NCBI RefSeq assembly: GCF_001194135.2
Contig: NC_068982.1
Coordinates: 35,886,762 to 35,950,761 of the forward strand
DNA: 64,000 nucleotides
Direction of reading: 5' to 3'
From: Octopus bimaculoides
Lineage: Eukaryota
The notes beneath the pieces were generated by a model. The model was not told where the DNA came from, did not search any database, and worked only from the letters and a program-made list of their open reading frames with translations. This document shows positions 24,578 to 37,838 of the stretch, in pieces; within the stretch, counting starts at the first letter, position 1; every line of letters begins with the position of its first letter. The position numbers and the translations under genes were made by a program.

Positions 24578-25672
24578 TTGCCAGCATAGAAGTTAAAAGA
24601 TGATGATGTTGAGAATAATGAGAATGATGATGACAGCATCCTGAATTAGCAGAGATTTCTCATTTTCCTATGATAGACAATATGTCTTTTTCACATGAAC
24701 TGCATATAGTTTTAGCTATCTGTTAATTAGCTTCCTGGAACAGTTAATAGTAACTTTTAATTCAGGCACAAGGCTAGCATTTGTTTTATCAACTTCAGGA
24801 TGAAAGGCAATGTTGACCATAGCAAGATTTGAACTCAGAATGTAAAGAACCAACAGAAATACTGCAAAGTATTTTGTTTAACATTGTAATTGATTCTGCC
24901 AATCCACTACCTTCAGGAGCAGTTAATAATCCTTTCTAATTTTGCCACAGAGTCAGCAATTTGAGGAAGATGGGACAGTTGATTACATTGCCCCCCAACC
25001 CCTGCTCAACTGGTACTTATTTTATTAACCCAGAAAGAAAGACAAAATCAACCACTGAGCATGTGAACTCAGGATGTAAAGCTGGAAGAAATTCCACTAA
25101 GCATTTTGTCAGAGATGCTAATGATTCTGCCAGCTTACCACCTTATTAGCAGTTTATGAAATTAAACATATTACAAATTATCTAATTACCATTTTAGTCA
25201 TGTTATTTCTTTTCAGATTCAGCATTACTGAATTTTTACTGTTGATTTAAGCACCTTAAACAGAAATAAAACTGTGGAAGCGGATTTTTTTCTATCATTT
25301 TTTTTTTATACAAAAAGCATTGAATGCAATAAATAGTTATTAAATATTTTTCTTTTTTTTTTATTTGATATTCTTTCTCTTTCCCCAACTTATCAACTTC
25401 CCAAGAAATTCACACACCAAGTTAAAATGTGTTGATTTTTGAGATGGCTAACATCTCTCAGTTGTAATGCCTTTTTACCCTACAAGCTTCATATGCAATT
25501 GGGAAAGCATGAAGAGAATGATAAGAGTTTATATGCCAGCAGTGTGGCACAACCAAATTCAAAGACCAACCCAGCCTTCAGCAACACAACAATGCTAATA
25601 ACAACAGTTAAAATGTTACATTTCTGATAAACTGATGTGTCAAATTGGCCAAAAGTGTCATAGTTAGCAAAT

Positions 25673-28600
25673 TTATTCATAACTTGCAATAAGGACCATC
25701 ATATAAACCCCCAATATTAGAGCAACTATTTCTTTAATAGACTGGCGGAAGCTGGATTCTATAAGAAGTTCTGGAATAACAGAGACAGTGGCAATATAAA
25801 TAAATCCTCCAGCAGTGAAAGGGAGCACCCAAGCTGTAGCTGTAATTCCTGTGCTTCCTGCCACTAAACTGCATATTGTTCCCATGATGGCACCAAGTGC
25901 TGTTGATAGTTGAAGCAGCATTGCCTGTGGAGTACAAATAAAAGAAAAGGCATATATTAATTAACAGACTAAACATTTGTATATTTCGGAAATAAATATA
26001 AAATAAATTATTACTAAGAGATTTAACCATTAAAATTATATTCCTTTCTTTATCCTTTTCCATGAGGGTTAGATGAATCTGAAAGTCTGAACAATTACAG
26101 GAAATCTATAACTGGAATTCCTTCTTAACACAAACCATTAAAAACTTAAATGAAATAGATCAAAGTACATTTTGGAAGCATACTACACACAAGCAGGGTT
26201 TGAAACCTCCACAAACTATTTTGCTGCTTGAAGAAACAATGCTTTGCCTTGGGCTTTCAATTCATAGAGGCATCATCATGAAATACAGCATGTTTGGTAC
26301 ATTTTTAGACCTGGCAGAGCCCATCCCTCTACAGGCTTGACTAGAACATGACTGGTAATTTATTTCTCAATTTTGAAAAATATGAAAAGCTAAGTTGAGC
26401 TCAGAAGGTTTTGTTTAAACTCAGAGTGTAGTGAGCCAGAACAAATATCATAAAATAATCTGTCTGACGCTCAAATACCTCTGCCAACTGACTGCCTTGA
26501 CAGGAAGGGTAAGAGTAACTAAATGCTCCAATTTATCATAATATCAATCATATAAATTAGGAACCTGCTCCAAATATTAGAAGTAATTTACAAATTGTTT
26601 CTTTCCTTATTATTCCCCACAATCACTAAAAAGTCTAACAGTGTATGCCACTTTTCAAGGTATTAAGCAGTTGAAAGCCCCTGCCCTCACCCACTCTGGA
26701 GAACAGAGAGAGAGATTACCAATATTCCAAACATTTTCCTCTGAATCCAGTACTGTGAATTATCAAAAGCTCAACAAATACATAATAGTTGAATGTATTA
26801 TCAAACTACTTCACTTAGTTTCATTCACCACCATTATATTTCTTCAGTGGATTATTCACAGAAACAGGACTTTACATCTGTTTTTATGCAATGCGCCCTT
26901 AGCATAATTAAAATTGGAAAATGAGTTAAGACATGACCACAATCTGTTCCAACCCATATGGTCTCTGTAACTACATGTCTGGTCTTCTACAATTAACTAA
27001 ATACATTAGCTAATTACCAGAACACTATATCAGTGTCCAAAAATCACTATTTTTTCCATTTAATCTAGACAAACACAAGATAGCTGCAAAAATGACTGCT
27101 TCACATGGCAAAACTCTATGCAATGATTATCAATGGGATCAAACTATCTGACAATAACACTATTCCCTTTAGTTTTTGCCTTACTGTTGTCATTTTCAGT
27201 AGTTTTGATCATTACTGAAGAGATTAGACAGCAAATTAAACACAACATATTCATTCTTACACTTCATTTAACACTATTAACAACTGCAAAACAGAAACTA
27301 TAGTGTCTGATCTGATATGAAACTATTAAAGAATCTATGTTTACAGGTTTTGTACTTGTAGAATTCACTCTGAAACAAAAAATTAATCATTGATAATATC
27401 AAGATTTTGTTGCAATTTTATTTATTTAAGAATGTTTTTCATTTCATAAATAAGAAATTTACTACACCATCAAATATTTATATAATTTTGTACATTTTGT
27501 ATATTTTTTTAAACTGAAGCTAATTTAAGAGAACAAAAATTACTGGGAAATTATTTTGAAAATTAGCTTACCCTTTTCTTAGTGCAACCAGATTTCACAA
27601 GAATAGCAAAATCTCCAATTTCATGAGGAATTTCATGCAGGAAGATAGTGATGGTTGTTACAATTCCAACATTACGGCCAACAAGGAAAGAAGCACCAAT
27701 GGCCAACCCATCAGTGAAATTATGAGCAAAATCGGCAGCAAGATTCAAGTAACCAGATACAGCAATTTCATTTTGGGTTTGCAAGTCTTTTTCTTTAGAT
27801 GATGCTGAAGTAAACAATAAACCAGTTTTTATTCACTTTATACAGAGGTAATAAATAATAATTCAATTGTTATTGTTTGTCTATATCACCTAAATGAGTT
27901 ACATTCATTCTACATAGAAGTAATGACTAATAACCAACAAAATTACTATTTAATTACCTGCCACATAAAATGATTGGGGGGGGGGGCTAATGTAGTTTCG
28001 CACCTCTCCTTGAAAAATGCATTTAAAAAAAAAATTTTTTCAGATTCCTATGTTTCAGATGTTGGAGATTATGAATATGCAAAAGAAAAAAATTTTTTTG
28101 AAAAATTTGTTTTTTTTCCTATGTTTTAGATGATGGAGATTCCGAATATGCAAGAAACCACATTTTCAAAATTTTAAATTAAATAAGCATATGAAAGTCT
28201 TCCTGGGGCTAAAAACAACAGTAACACCGTCTTCTTTCGGACCGCAACATTTAGTTGACAAATATATTTTATGAATAAACAGACAGGGATAAATAGACAG
28301 ATAAATAAATAAATGGATGAAAAAGTTCAAAATTTAAAATTGGAGAAGTGGGTGAAATTTGAACCCCTTATTAAACTTTATAACATTAATTATTAAACAT
28401 TAATGCATGTTTCTCATAAAATGGTGTATATTTAATTTACATTAAATTATTATTTATAATTATTTAAGGCAAACACAAGTAAAATGCAAATTCTTTTCAC
28501 TTTAATGTTTTTGTCTATATTTAATTTCAATTTGATTATGTTCAAAAAGATTGCTCTGAAAATGATCTCTCTCCACAAATCCAGCTATCTTTTGTATTCT

Positions 28601-31600
28601 CTCCTTTTAACATATTTTGTGATAACTGTCTAATTCAATGTTTTCTTTGGATTTAACTTGCCTGTCATCTAGCAGTTCATAAAATATATTCCTTTAAAAT
28701 TCTTATTATTTATTTTACATCAATTGAACAAGGTAGATTTTTTTCTGTTGGACACAATTTGATCTTAGAAATCATGTGCAGTTTATCTGATGATACTCTT
28801 TGTCACATTATATATCTAGTAGAAAACATTACTTAATATTCTTTTTTAGCTTTTTAACAGCAATCATAATTAAGTCACCTGAACAATTGCTTTTGCTCAA
28901 ACAAAAAGTGTTTTTTTTTTGGGGGGGGGGGTTCTATTGTTTTTGTTTTCAAAATGGTGAAAAAAGTTATCATCAATTTTATTTCATGTTGCTTACTACT
29001 TATCATTGGATGAGAAAAGACAAAGATACCCTAGTGGGCTTCAATAATTAGTGATAAAACAAAACAAAAGGTATTATAAAACAATGTAATTAGAGCTGTT
29101 TATTATACACAATCATATCATTCTACATAAAAATTTTAATATGAAATATTATTGCAGGTCAAAGTGTGTTGTATAAATGGATTTAGTGTACTGAAAAGAA
29201 CATTTAATTTTCAATCTGCTTCAAAAAGCTCTAATTCTCTTCTGTAATTAATAGCTTCAATGCTACCAACCTCTGTAGATGACCTCTTTAGCAGTATGAC
29301 ATTGGTAACCTTACAACTAGGTACTTCTTGGAACTGCATATCATTTCTCATGAATTGTATACTGAATTGGATTTCTATTTTTATCCTAACTACCATAAAT
29401 ACCAAGTATATATTTAACTAGTTCTGCTATAGTTAATCACCCAAACATATACCTTGATAAATTTAGGTGCATTACTCTATATTAGCCACTACAATTTCTA
29501 TGCTTGTAAAATGTGAAAAATAATTCTATTGCTTAAGAAACAAACATGGACATCATCATCATCAATTTGTGTTCATTTTCCCATGCAACATTGGTTGGAC
29601 AGGTTTTCTGAGGCAGTACTTTTATGGTCAGATGCCTAACACACAAAAGCACAGAGTACCTATTCTAAAACCAGGATACACAGTCACCATCATCATCATA
29701 TTATGTCCATTTTCCATGCTGACATGGGTCAGATGCTTAACCTGAGGAATCACAGGGGGGCATGGTCCACAGGGCTGCAGCGTGCTCCATGTCAGCCTTG
29801 TCATGGGTTCTACAGCTGGATACCCTTCCTAACTTCAACTACTTTGCAGTGCCCTGGGTGCTTTTTTCCTGCCACTGTCATTAGTGAGATTGCCAAGTAA
29901 CTTGCAAGGTAAGAAAGAACAAAAAAAAGCATGCTTAAAAAATGGTCATAAACAAAAATGGACTGTTCCATTCATTAAATGCATTTAGAAAAGAAATTGT
30001 AATAAAATTTCCCCTTTATCTTGTAATTTCATAGGATGCGGGGCAAAGTTAGTAACCAGTGTAAAATGAGTAATTTCTGCTCATTTTCTTCTGTTTGGAA
30101 TCATTACAGTGTAAGTATTGTACCACCATTTTGTACTGTTACATCATCGTTGGGAGTAAAATTTGGTCAGCATAGTTGTTGTTGTTGAAGTTGAGCATAG
30201 TCAGGTAGCAGATACTTTTTAGTCAAGAAACTTTCCCCTCAACTTTGACTCATTTGTAATTGAGGTTCCTAATAAAATATCTGGATAACTTGTGGTGTTT
30301 AACAATCAATATTCTTTTCTCTGTTGGATTCCAAGTCAATTTTTTCCCCACACTAATGTTTAATTTTGATAATTTTCAATTAAAAAATAATTTATGTCTA
30401 AAATGACAATTTTCAATAATTTCTCCTCTTTAACTGCATGTTGTGTAAATATACAGATTCCTGATACATAAACATATATCAGGAAGAGAACCACTCCAAC
30501 AGATCATGAAGAAACTATAGAGAATATTTTATGTTGAGTCTCTGATTTAGTCAAGTTTCATTAAATTCATATCATGTACCATTTTTCCCTGATCTGTTTT
30601 CATTTGACTGAGATATTTTAACTTTTTATTACATTTCTCATCTTTCTGATGTCTAAAGATGGACACTGATGTGTACGAGACTGTTTTCAAATGTTATTCC
30701 AGAGAATTGAAGAGGCAAATTTACCTTACCTTGGTTTACTCATTTTGCCCCAGCTAAATTTGTCTTTTATATGCTCAAAGAGAATGGTTATAATTTTCTG
30801 AAATAGTATTCAGATTATGTTATAGTGTTTTTAATACATTAACAGAAGGTCATTTGCTTAGCTGGTATAGTTTTTGTAAGGTTGTGAACATTTGTCAAAA
30901 CTATTTTTTTCTCATAGTCAAAAATGCAGTAAAAACTCCTCATTGTACCCCACCCCAAATAGGCACTAGTTGTTTTAGCAATTATAGTGATTATCATCTT
31001 CACTTTAAATCTTGTTAATACTCATCATACATACTTTCAATATTGTATCATTTCATGTTTGATTCCATATTATCAAGACCAAGTGGTTAAGATCTTGAGG
31101 TTAAGTTATTTTTACATCAAACAAGCATCGTCTTTTAATTATACGTTATATAAATATATGAATATTGTAAAATAATTAGTAATTCAATTAATAATTAAAC
31201 ATATTTTCCAGTAGATATTTTATCAGATTATATTTTAAAGTGTAATTAAGTAAAAGATTAATTTAGTTTCCTTTAAGATTTATAATGGGTTTGTTTAAAA
31301 CATGAGAAATGTTTAGCTTTCATGAGATCATGTATTTGTTTAGCTTTCATGAGATCATGTATTTGTTTAGCCGTAATCGCGCAGATCTTATTATCAAAAA
31401 CATCCTAGCCGTGACCATCCCGCTCTTTATATAGCTAGGATTACATTGTCCTGAGTCCTTAAGACAATAGTGTAATTTAAGTGAATTTTAATCGCTGTGT
31501 TTCAAAATTAGACTTCCTCATAACTCAGAAAAGAAGTTTGGTCTCTGGCATAACTCTGTAGTTATGCCTCATCTTTTTAGTATTCTTGTTTGATACAACG

Positions 31601-34043
31601 GAAATAACAATTTTGAAAACAATTTGTTCTTTTCAAAAATGTCAATTTTATTTTTTACATATTTGCCCACCCACTTCTGTAACCTTTTCCTTTCCCATGA
31701 AGTATGGGGTGCTTTGAGACGAAACTCCGTCGAGGTTCTGTTTCTTCGATCAATTATAGCTATATCAACAGGTGGGTTTTTTTTATTTGTAATTGGACTA
31801 GCGATACAATAAAAAAGTAGTATAGCCTATCGTATGTTTATATGACACTGGTTAACTTGAAATGAATACAGAAACTACTAAATAAACAACAACGAATTGC
31901 CGTACAGTACAGAATAGTAACAATGTTTTTTACGAAAAAATATAAAATTAAGGGCATAACTACAGGGTTTTACCAAATTAAGAAGGAAATTATTCATTTT
32001 ATCAATAGTACATCTAAGTAGACGTTGTGTTGACAAAAAATGTTTAAATGAGATAAAATAAAGCAATTTTAGTATAGTTATACAAAATATAATTTTATAC
32101 GAACATTTGAAATACTAAAAAATTATTTTATTCGTTTTTTTGAGTCAAATGTTTTTATTAACCTTTGTAAATGGGAGCTTAGTAGGTAATATCAAAGGAT
32201 CCAACGGGTTAATTAATCTAATTAGCAAAATTAGTATCTATTAACTGTTCACAAATTTGCAAGAGACAGGAAGCTACCTGCCTAGTAATCAACATAACTT
32301 TACTCACTACTCAATCATTTCAAAATTCTGTCATGCCTATCACATAGGTTTAGTAACAAGTTGATGAGGAAGAAATGTTTTTTATTTTATATTTTGTTTT
32401 CTCTTAATAATCTTTAGTGGTTAATTTAACATATTTTAGGATCAAATATTGCACAATTACTAATAAAGAGCCGAACTTCTGGTATAAGTATTATGAGGGA
32501 AAGAATAAAAATAAACAATTAGAAGTGCATGTTTTCTTCTTTATGGTAAAACAAGACTGCATCAGCAAATGTTACATACGAAAATAGTTATTTCCTCGAA
32601 AAAACAAATCAGATTTATAAACAAAAGTAAACGGTAATTTCATTTTACGCCAAAACATGTGCTAAAATCTTTCTATGATTAAACAAACCTTAGAATCTAG
32701 TAAGTTAAAAATATATATATTTTGCTGTAACTGATACTGCTCGTATAAATTGAGGTTTAAAGGGATTAGCGCCAATAAAAAAATTTTAAAATCCTGAGAA
32801 ATTTCTCAGGAATAGTAAAAAAGCAACAGTTCGTCACTAGATTCACACGTCAGTCGTTATAAAATGAAAAGTATCTGAATTTTTGTGTTACAAATTATTT
32901 CTATTTTTATTTATTTTCGTAATTTTACTTCCTAAAATAACTTCAAAATAAGCAATAGCGGAAAATTAATTTTTCCCCATTTTTATACTATTTACATATA
33001 TAAACTGTGTCCTTTTCAGATACAGAAATGTCTTGTTGAAAGTTTAAAAGAAATAACTATAAAAATTATATTAATTCAGTACTTTCCAATAATATCTAGC
33101 GGACATTAAAGAGAGATACCTAACTTATGTTGAAATTTGGTCTTAATTTTTTGACCGAAAAAGACTACGTAAAGAAAAAAATAACAAATATATACTTACC
33201 ATTCTCTTCCTTTTCTTCTTTGTCATCTCCTTCATCATCAGATGTCTTCTCTTTCTTTTTTACTTCGCTGTGAGAATGGCTATGAGAATGGCTATGTGAT
33301 CCTTTCAGATGACGAACTACTTTCTCAACAGTGAGGAAGACTATAATCCCAGTCAAAACCCACAGACCGATAGACAAATCATGACTGTGGCCTCCACCAC
33401 CGTGTGAGTGACCATGATGATGATGATTATGACCATCATCTGAATGATCAGAATTCTGGGAACCAGAATGTGGAATTAGATGTAAAAATGCATCACCTAA
33501 AAGACCTCCAGATGCAAAACTAAGAAGTATTTTAAGAAAAGGTAAATTCTCCTCGGTATTTTCTAAAGGAATGAAAAACAGAATAACCACTGGAGCTGCA
33601 CTGATGATAAGAGTAGCCCCAATAGCCTGGAGCCAGAGTACTGGTCCCATAACTTTAGGTTGGTGGGTTTCTTCATGGCTGACACTTTCCTTTCCGATAT
33701 GTTTGCTGTCTTCAGAACCGCTGTGATGAGAGTGACCGTGATGACCGTGATGAGCGTGACCGTCGTGTGAGTGATCATGGTGAGCGTGCTCTGAATGAGG
33801 AACTTTGTTAGCTTCCCGACTATACCTAAAGTTTACATTTTCAGCCCCTGAAAGGTCTTCGTGTGCATGGCCATGATGTGCATGTCCGTGGTCGTGATGT
33901 GCATGACCGTGGCCGTGATGTGCATGACCGTGGCCGTGATGTGCATGACCGTGGTCATGATGTGCATGACCGTGGTGGAAGTGGTCTTCGTGACACTGTC
34001 CAAAACTGATCACAATACATAAAATCACCACTGTATAAATCAT
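25673..34043 (-). CDS. SLC39A7: Zinc transporter ZIP7 (SLC39A7/Catsup/KE4 family); join of 34043-33200, 27804-27572, 25924-25673; about 442 aa
   Basis: Signal-peptide-like start [17 protein letters not shown], His-rich lumenal region, [59 protein letters not shown] (LIV-1 HEXPHEXGD motif), [22 protein letters not shown]. Canonical splice sites with phases 1 and 0; the exons total 1329 nt. An in-frame upstream ATG lies at 34172. Confidence 0.97.
33860..33975 (-). repeat. Coding 21-nt tandem repeat encoding (HGHAHH[D/G])n in ZIP7
   Basis: gtgatgtgcatgaccgtggcc units, about 5 copies. Confidence 0.9.
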
Positions 34044-37000
34044 ATTAAGCGGTATAGATCTACAGTGACTAGAATAAATACTTGTTGAATTTTTTCTGTG
34101 CCTTTTAAAATTGCAGGAGTAGTTACAGCTGGAGAACACGTTTAAGTGACTAGGGTTACTCTCAGTGCCCATCTGTACTGTTGTAAGATTTCCTCCAAAC
34201 CTCCACTATGTGACAGTTATGCAGACGTGGCTTTTCTAATGACGCTCTCTATGTTATACGTGATTATTTCCCTTTAATCTGGGTTTCTTGGTTCCATAAC
34301 TTTTTTTTTTCATTTTTCTTGTATTTATTCTTTTACTTGTTTCAGTCTTTTGACTGTGGCCATGCTGGAGCACCGCCTTTAGTCGAGCAAATCGACCCCA
34401 GGACTTATTCTTTGGAATGTTCACATAAGTTAACTTTCATATAAAAAAATACATATTTTATAAGGAGAGTTTATACTTTTATAATAGACTATAATTAAAT
34501 GAAGAAATAAAATTTATTCACTGTGTTCCTCAATTTTAATACGTTTTAAAACGTATATTTAGACTCTATAAGATTGATTCTATCACTGATGACAAGATTT
34601 TAAAATCTCTAGAACAATAAAAATTATTCAGTTTGAGAAAACGGGAAGTCGAGCCTGGTGTAGCCATCCGGTTGCACCAGTCCTCAGTCAAATCGTCCAA
34701 CCCATGCTAGCATGGAAAGCGGACGTTAAACGATGATGATGATGATGATGATATATATATATATATATATAAAATGCTTTACAATTCAACTGAAAGTACA
34801 GTCTTTTCACAAAACGACAATCCTTCATAGAAATACTTTACCAGTATATTTTAATTTAATTTCATTCCATCTCTAAGTTCAAAACTGGGAGCCATATATA
34901 AATATAATATTGATTCCAATTGCTTCAACATCCAGATGTTCTACAACTTTATATAGATTGTGTCATCTACTACTACTACTATTAATACTACTACTACTAC
35001 TACTACTACCACCATTACCACTACTACTATCACTGTCAATTTTTGCTTCTGTCAGTAAAATGACTGCCTCATCTCCCCTCTCCTGCACAAAGAATCTTAA
35101 ATACCTGTCAATTATTTTACACTCACTGAAATGACTACTCTTAGGTCAGTTAAAACTTTCCCCAATCATTTATAGTTTATGTTCAGTCTTTTACTCTTTA
35201 TTTCTATATTCTTTTACTGGTTTCAGTCAGAGAACCAAGACCATGTTGGGGACTGCCCTCTATAATTTAGTCAGTATCAACTCCATTATTTAAATGAGTT
35301 TGGTTCTTATTTTATCTATCTTTGTTTTTTAAGATGCTAAGTCACAGAACATATAGGGATACAACATAAATAATATGAATTTAAGGTTGTTGTCAGTGTA
35401 ATAACAGACACAGGCACACATGCACACACACAAAAACACAAACATACGTAGGCTATTCAGCTCTCTCACCCTTATCCTTTCTGGGACTAGTACCTTGATA
35501 AAATGCACCTGGTGCATTCTGTAAAGTGTAGGGTTAGGAGGACTCTTTAGTCTCATCAATGTCACAGCCACCTCTCTAGTGCTAGTGCCATGAAAAAATA
35601 TACCCAATGCACTCTGTAAAGAAGTTGACATTAAGAAAGGAAGCTAGCAGTAGAAACCAAGACAAAATTAAAATTTACTAGTGAGATGGGGTTCCTTCAA
35701 TTATCTAGAAGAGGAGAAATGCCCCATCCAACACATGTCAGCATGGAAAGTAGACATAAGAGTAAAGCTACTGCCGATGTATTAGTATAGTTTGTATGAA
35801 GCATTGTCTGGTATACATAAATGCTTTGAATATTTGTTTTAAACTAAAACAATGTAATGTAATTAAATATTGAATTACAGGTAAAAGTACAAACTATCAA
35901 CTTGGTGTGGTTGTGTGGTAAGAAGTTTGCTTCCCAACCACATGGTTCCAGGTTCACTCCTACTACGTGGTACCTTACTAAAGCCTTGGGAGCAGATTTG
36001 GGAAATGGAAACTAAAAGAAACCCATGGTGTGTGTGTGTGTGCACGTTTGTGTTTGTCCCCTACTACCATTTGACAACTGGTGTTGGTGTGTTTATATCC
36101 CCATAGCCTAGTGGTTTGGCAAAAGAGATTGATAGAACAAGTACCATGCTTAAAAAAAGCACTGGGGTCAGTTCATTCAACTAAAAATTCTTCAAAGCAG
36201 TACCCCAACATGGTCATAGTCTAATGATTGAAACAAGTAAAAAAAAAACAAAAGTAATATATATATGTGTGTGTGTGTATGTCATTCCATTTTAACATCC
36301 ACTTTTCTATGCTTGTTTGGATTGGACAGATTTTCTACAGCCTGATGCCCTCCTGTCACCAAACCTCACCTGTTTCCAAGGAATGTAATATTTCCCCTTG
36401 GCTGAACATGTTTTCACGAAAGATTGGAAATTTGAAATGCTTGTATGATGTTGATACTTCCTTACAGCTATCATGTGATATGAGAACAAGGAGACACACA
36501 AACACACTCGTACATACACATATACATTGCCATCATTTAATGCCCACTTTTCCTTGCTTGTATGGGTGAGACAAAATTTGTTCAGGCAGATTTTCTATGG
36601 CCAGATACTCTTCCTGTCACCAAGATATACACACATACACACAATGAGCTTCTTTTAGTTTCCCTTCACAAAATCCATCCACAAGGCTTTGGTTGGCCCA
36701 CGACTGTAGTAGAAGACACTTACCCAGTGGAACTGAACCTGAAACTATATGGTTAGGAAGCAAACTATTTAACCACACACACACACATTCATGTGTCTAT
36801 GTATATATGTATACAGCAGGCTCCCACAGTATTCATTTACCAAATTCCACTCATAACATATTGGTTTAGCTGAAGCCATAGGAGAAGGTGCCAAACCATC
36901 AGATTGAAGCCAAAATTACATAACTGCAAAACAAACTTCTTAACTACATGAAATCTTTTTTCCTTTATATTCTTCAATGTATTTATTATATATGAAACTA

Positions 37001-37055
37001 TGTAAACTACATCAGTGAGTAAATAAACAATTGTCTTGACTTATATCAAATATCT

Positions 37056-37776
37056 TTAACCCTTTAGCATTCAGATTACTCTGTCAAATGTAAGGCTTGC
37101 TTATTTACATTGTTTTGAATTAATCATGCATTATGTCATAGCATTGAGATTTTGATGATGTCATCATCATCATCATCATCATCATCATTTAACATCCGCT
37201 TTTCATGCTGGCATGGTTTGGATAGTTTGACATGGAGCTGGGTGGCTGGGAGCTGTCCAGACTCCAACTGTCTGTTGTGACGTGATTTCTATGGCTGGAT
37301 GCCCTTCCTTATGCCAACTACTTAACAGAGTATGCTGGGTGCCACCAACACAGATACATTTATGCAGCACTGACAGGTGGCACTGGTACTTGAAAGAACA
37401 AGCCTGTATGTGTGGAGGCCAGTAATTTTACTTAGCTTGATGTGTCTTATCAAGTACAGCAAATTGCTGTTTCTCCTGGTCCCTCATCATTTCCTCAGTG
37501 AAGCCCAGCATCTGAAGATCCTTTCTCACCACTCTGTTCCACATCTTCCTAGTCTATCCCTTCTACAGGCACTCCTTTATGTATCTCTCCGCATCCATAT
37601 GCATCACATGACCAAACCAGTACAGTTTTCTCTCTCGCACACATCTGATGCTTCTTATTTATTTTTAGAATGACATTGTAGGGTAGGTGTGAGAGGCTGG
37701 GTTGAGTTTATTTGAACATAAAATAGGTAGAATATTTTGGCTGGATATATAGTTGGCCTAAATGCTAAAGGGTTAA
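37056..37776. mobile_element. piggyBac-type (TTAA) MITE interrupted by an RTE 3'-end copy at about 37160-37655
   Basis: ttaa-ccctttagcatt ... aatgctaaaggg-ttaa termini. Uninterrupted or partial copies lie at 44655-44878 and about 410-625. Confidence 0.8.
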
Positions 37777-37838
37777 GGAAACTACAAAGATTTGTGAAAA
37801 AAAATCAATTTGAAAATATTATTCACTAACATTATTTC

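Noticed and set aside
30040-30440. Coding-looking stretch in ZIP7 intron 1
   Set aside because: The minus-strand frames I translated contain stops and there is no recognisable motif. ZIP7 exons 1 and 2 already join in phase without it.
31309-31372. Two tandem 28-bp units, superficially CRISPR-like
   Set aside because: There are no spacers, the context is eukaryotic and there are no cas genes. It is a simple tandem duplication.
33563-33778. 71-aa ORF overlapping ZIP7 exon 1 in another frame
   Set aside because: A by-product of the His-codon repeats.
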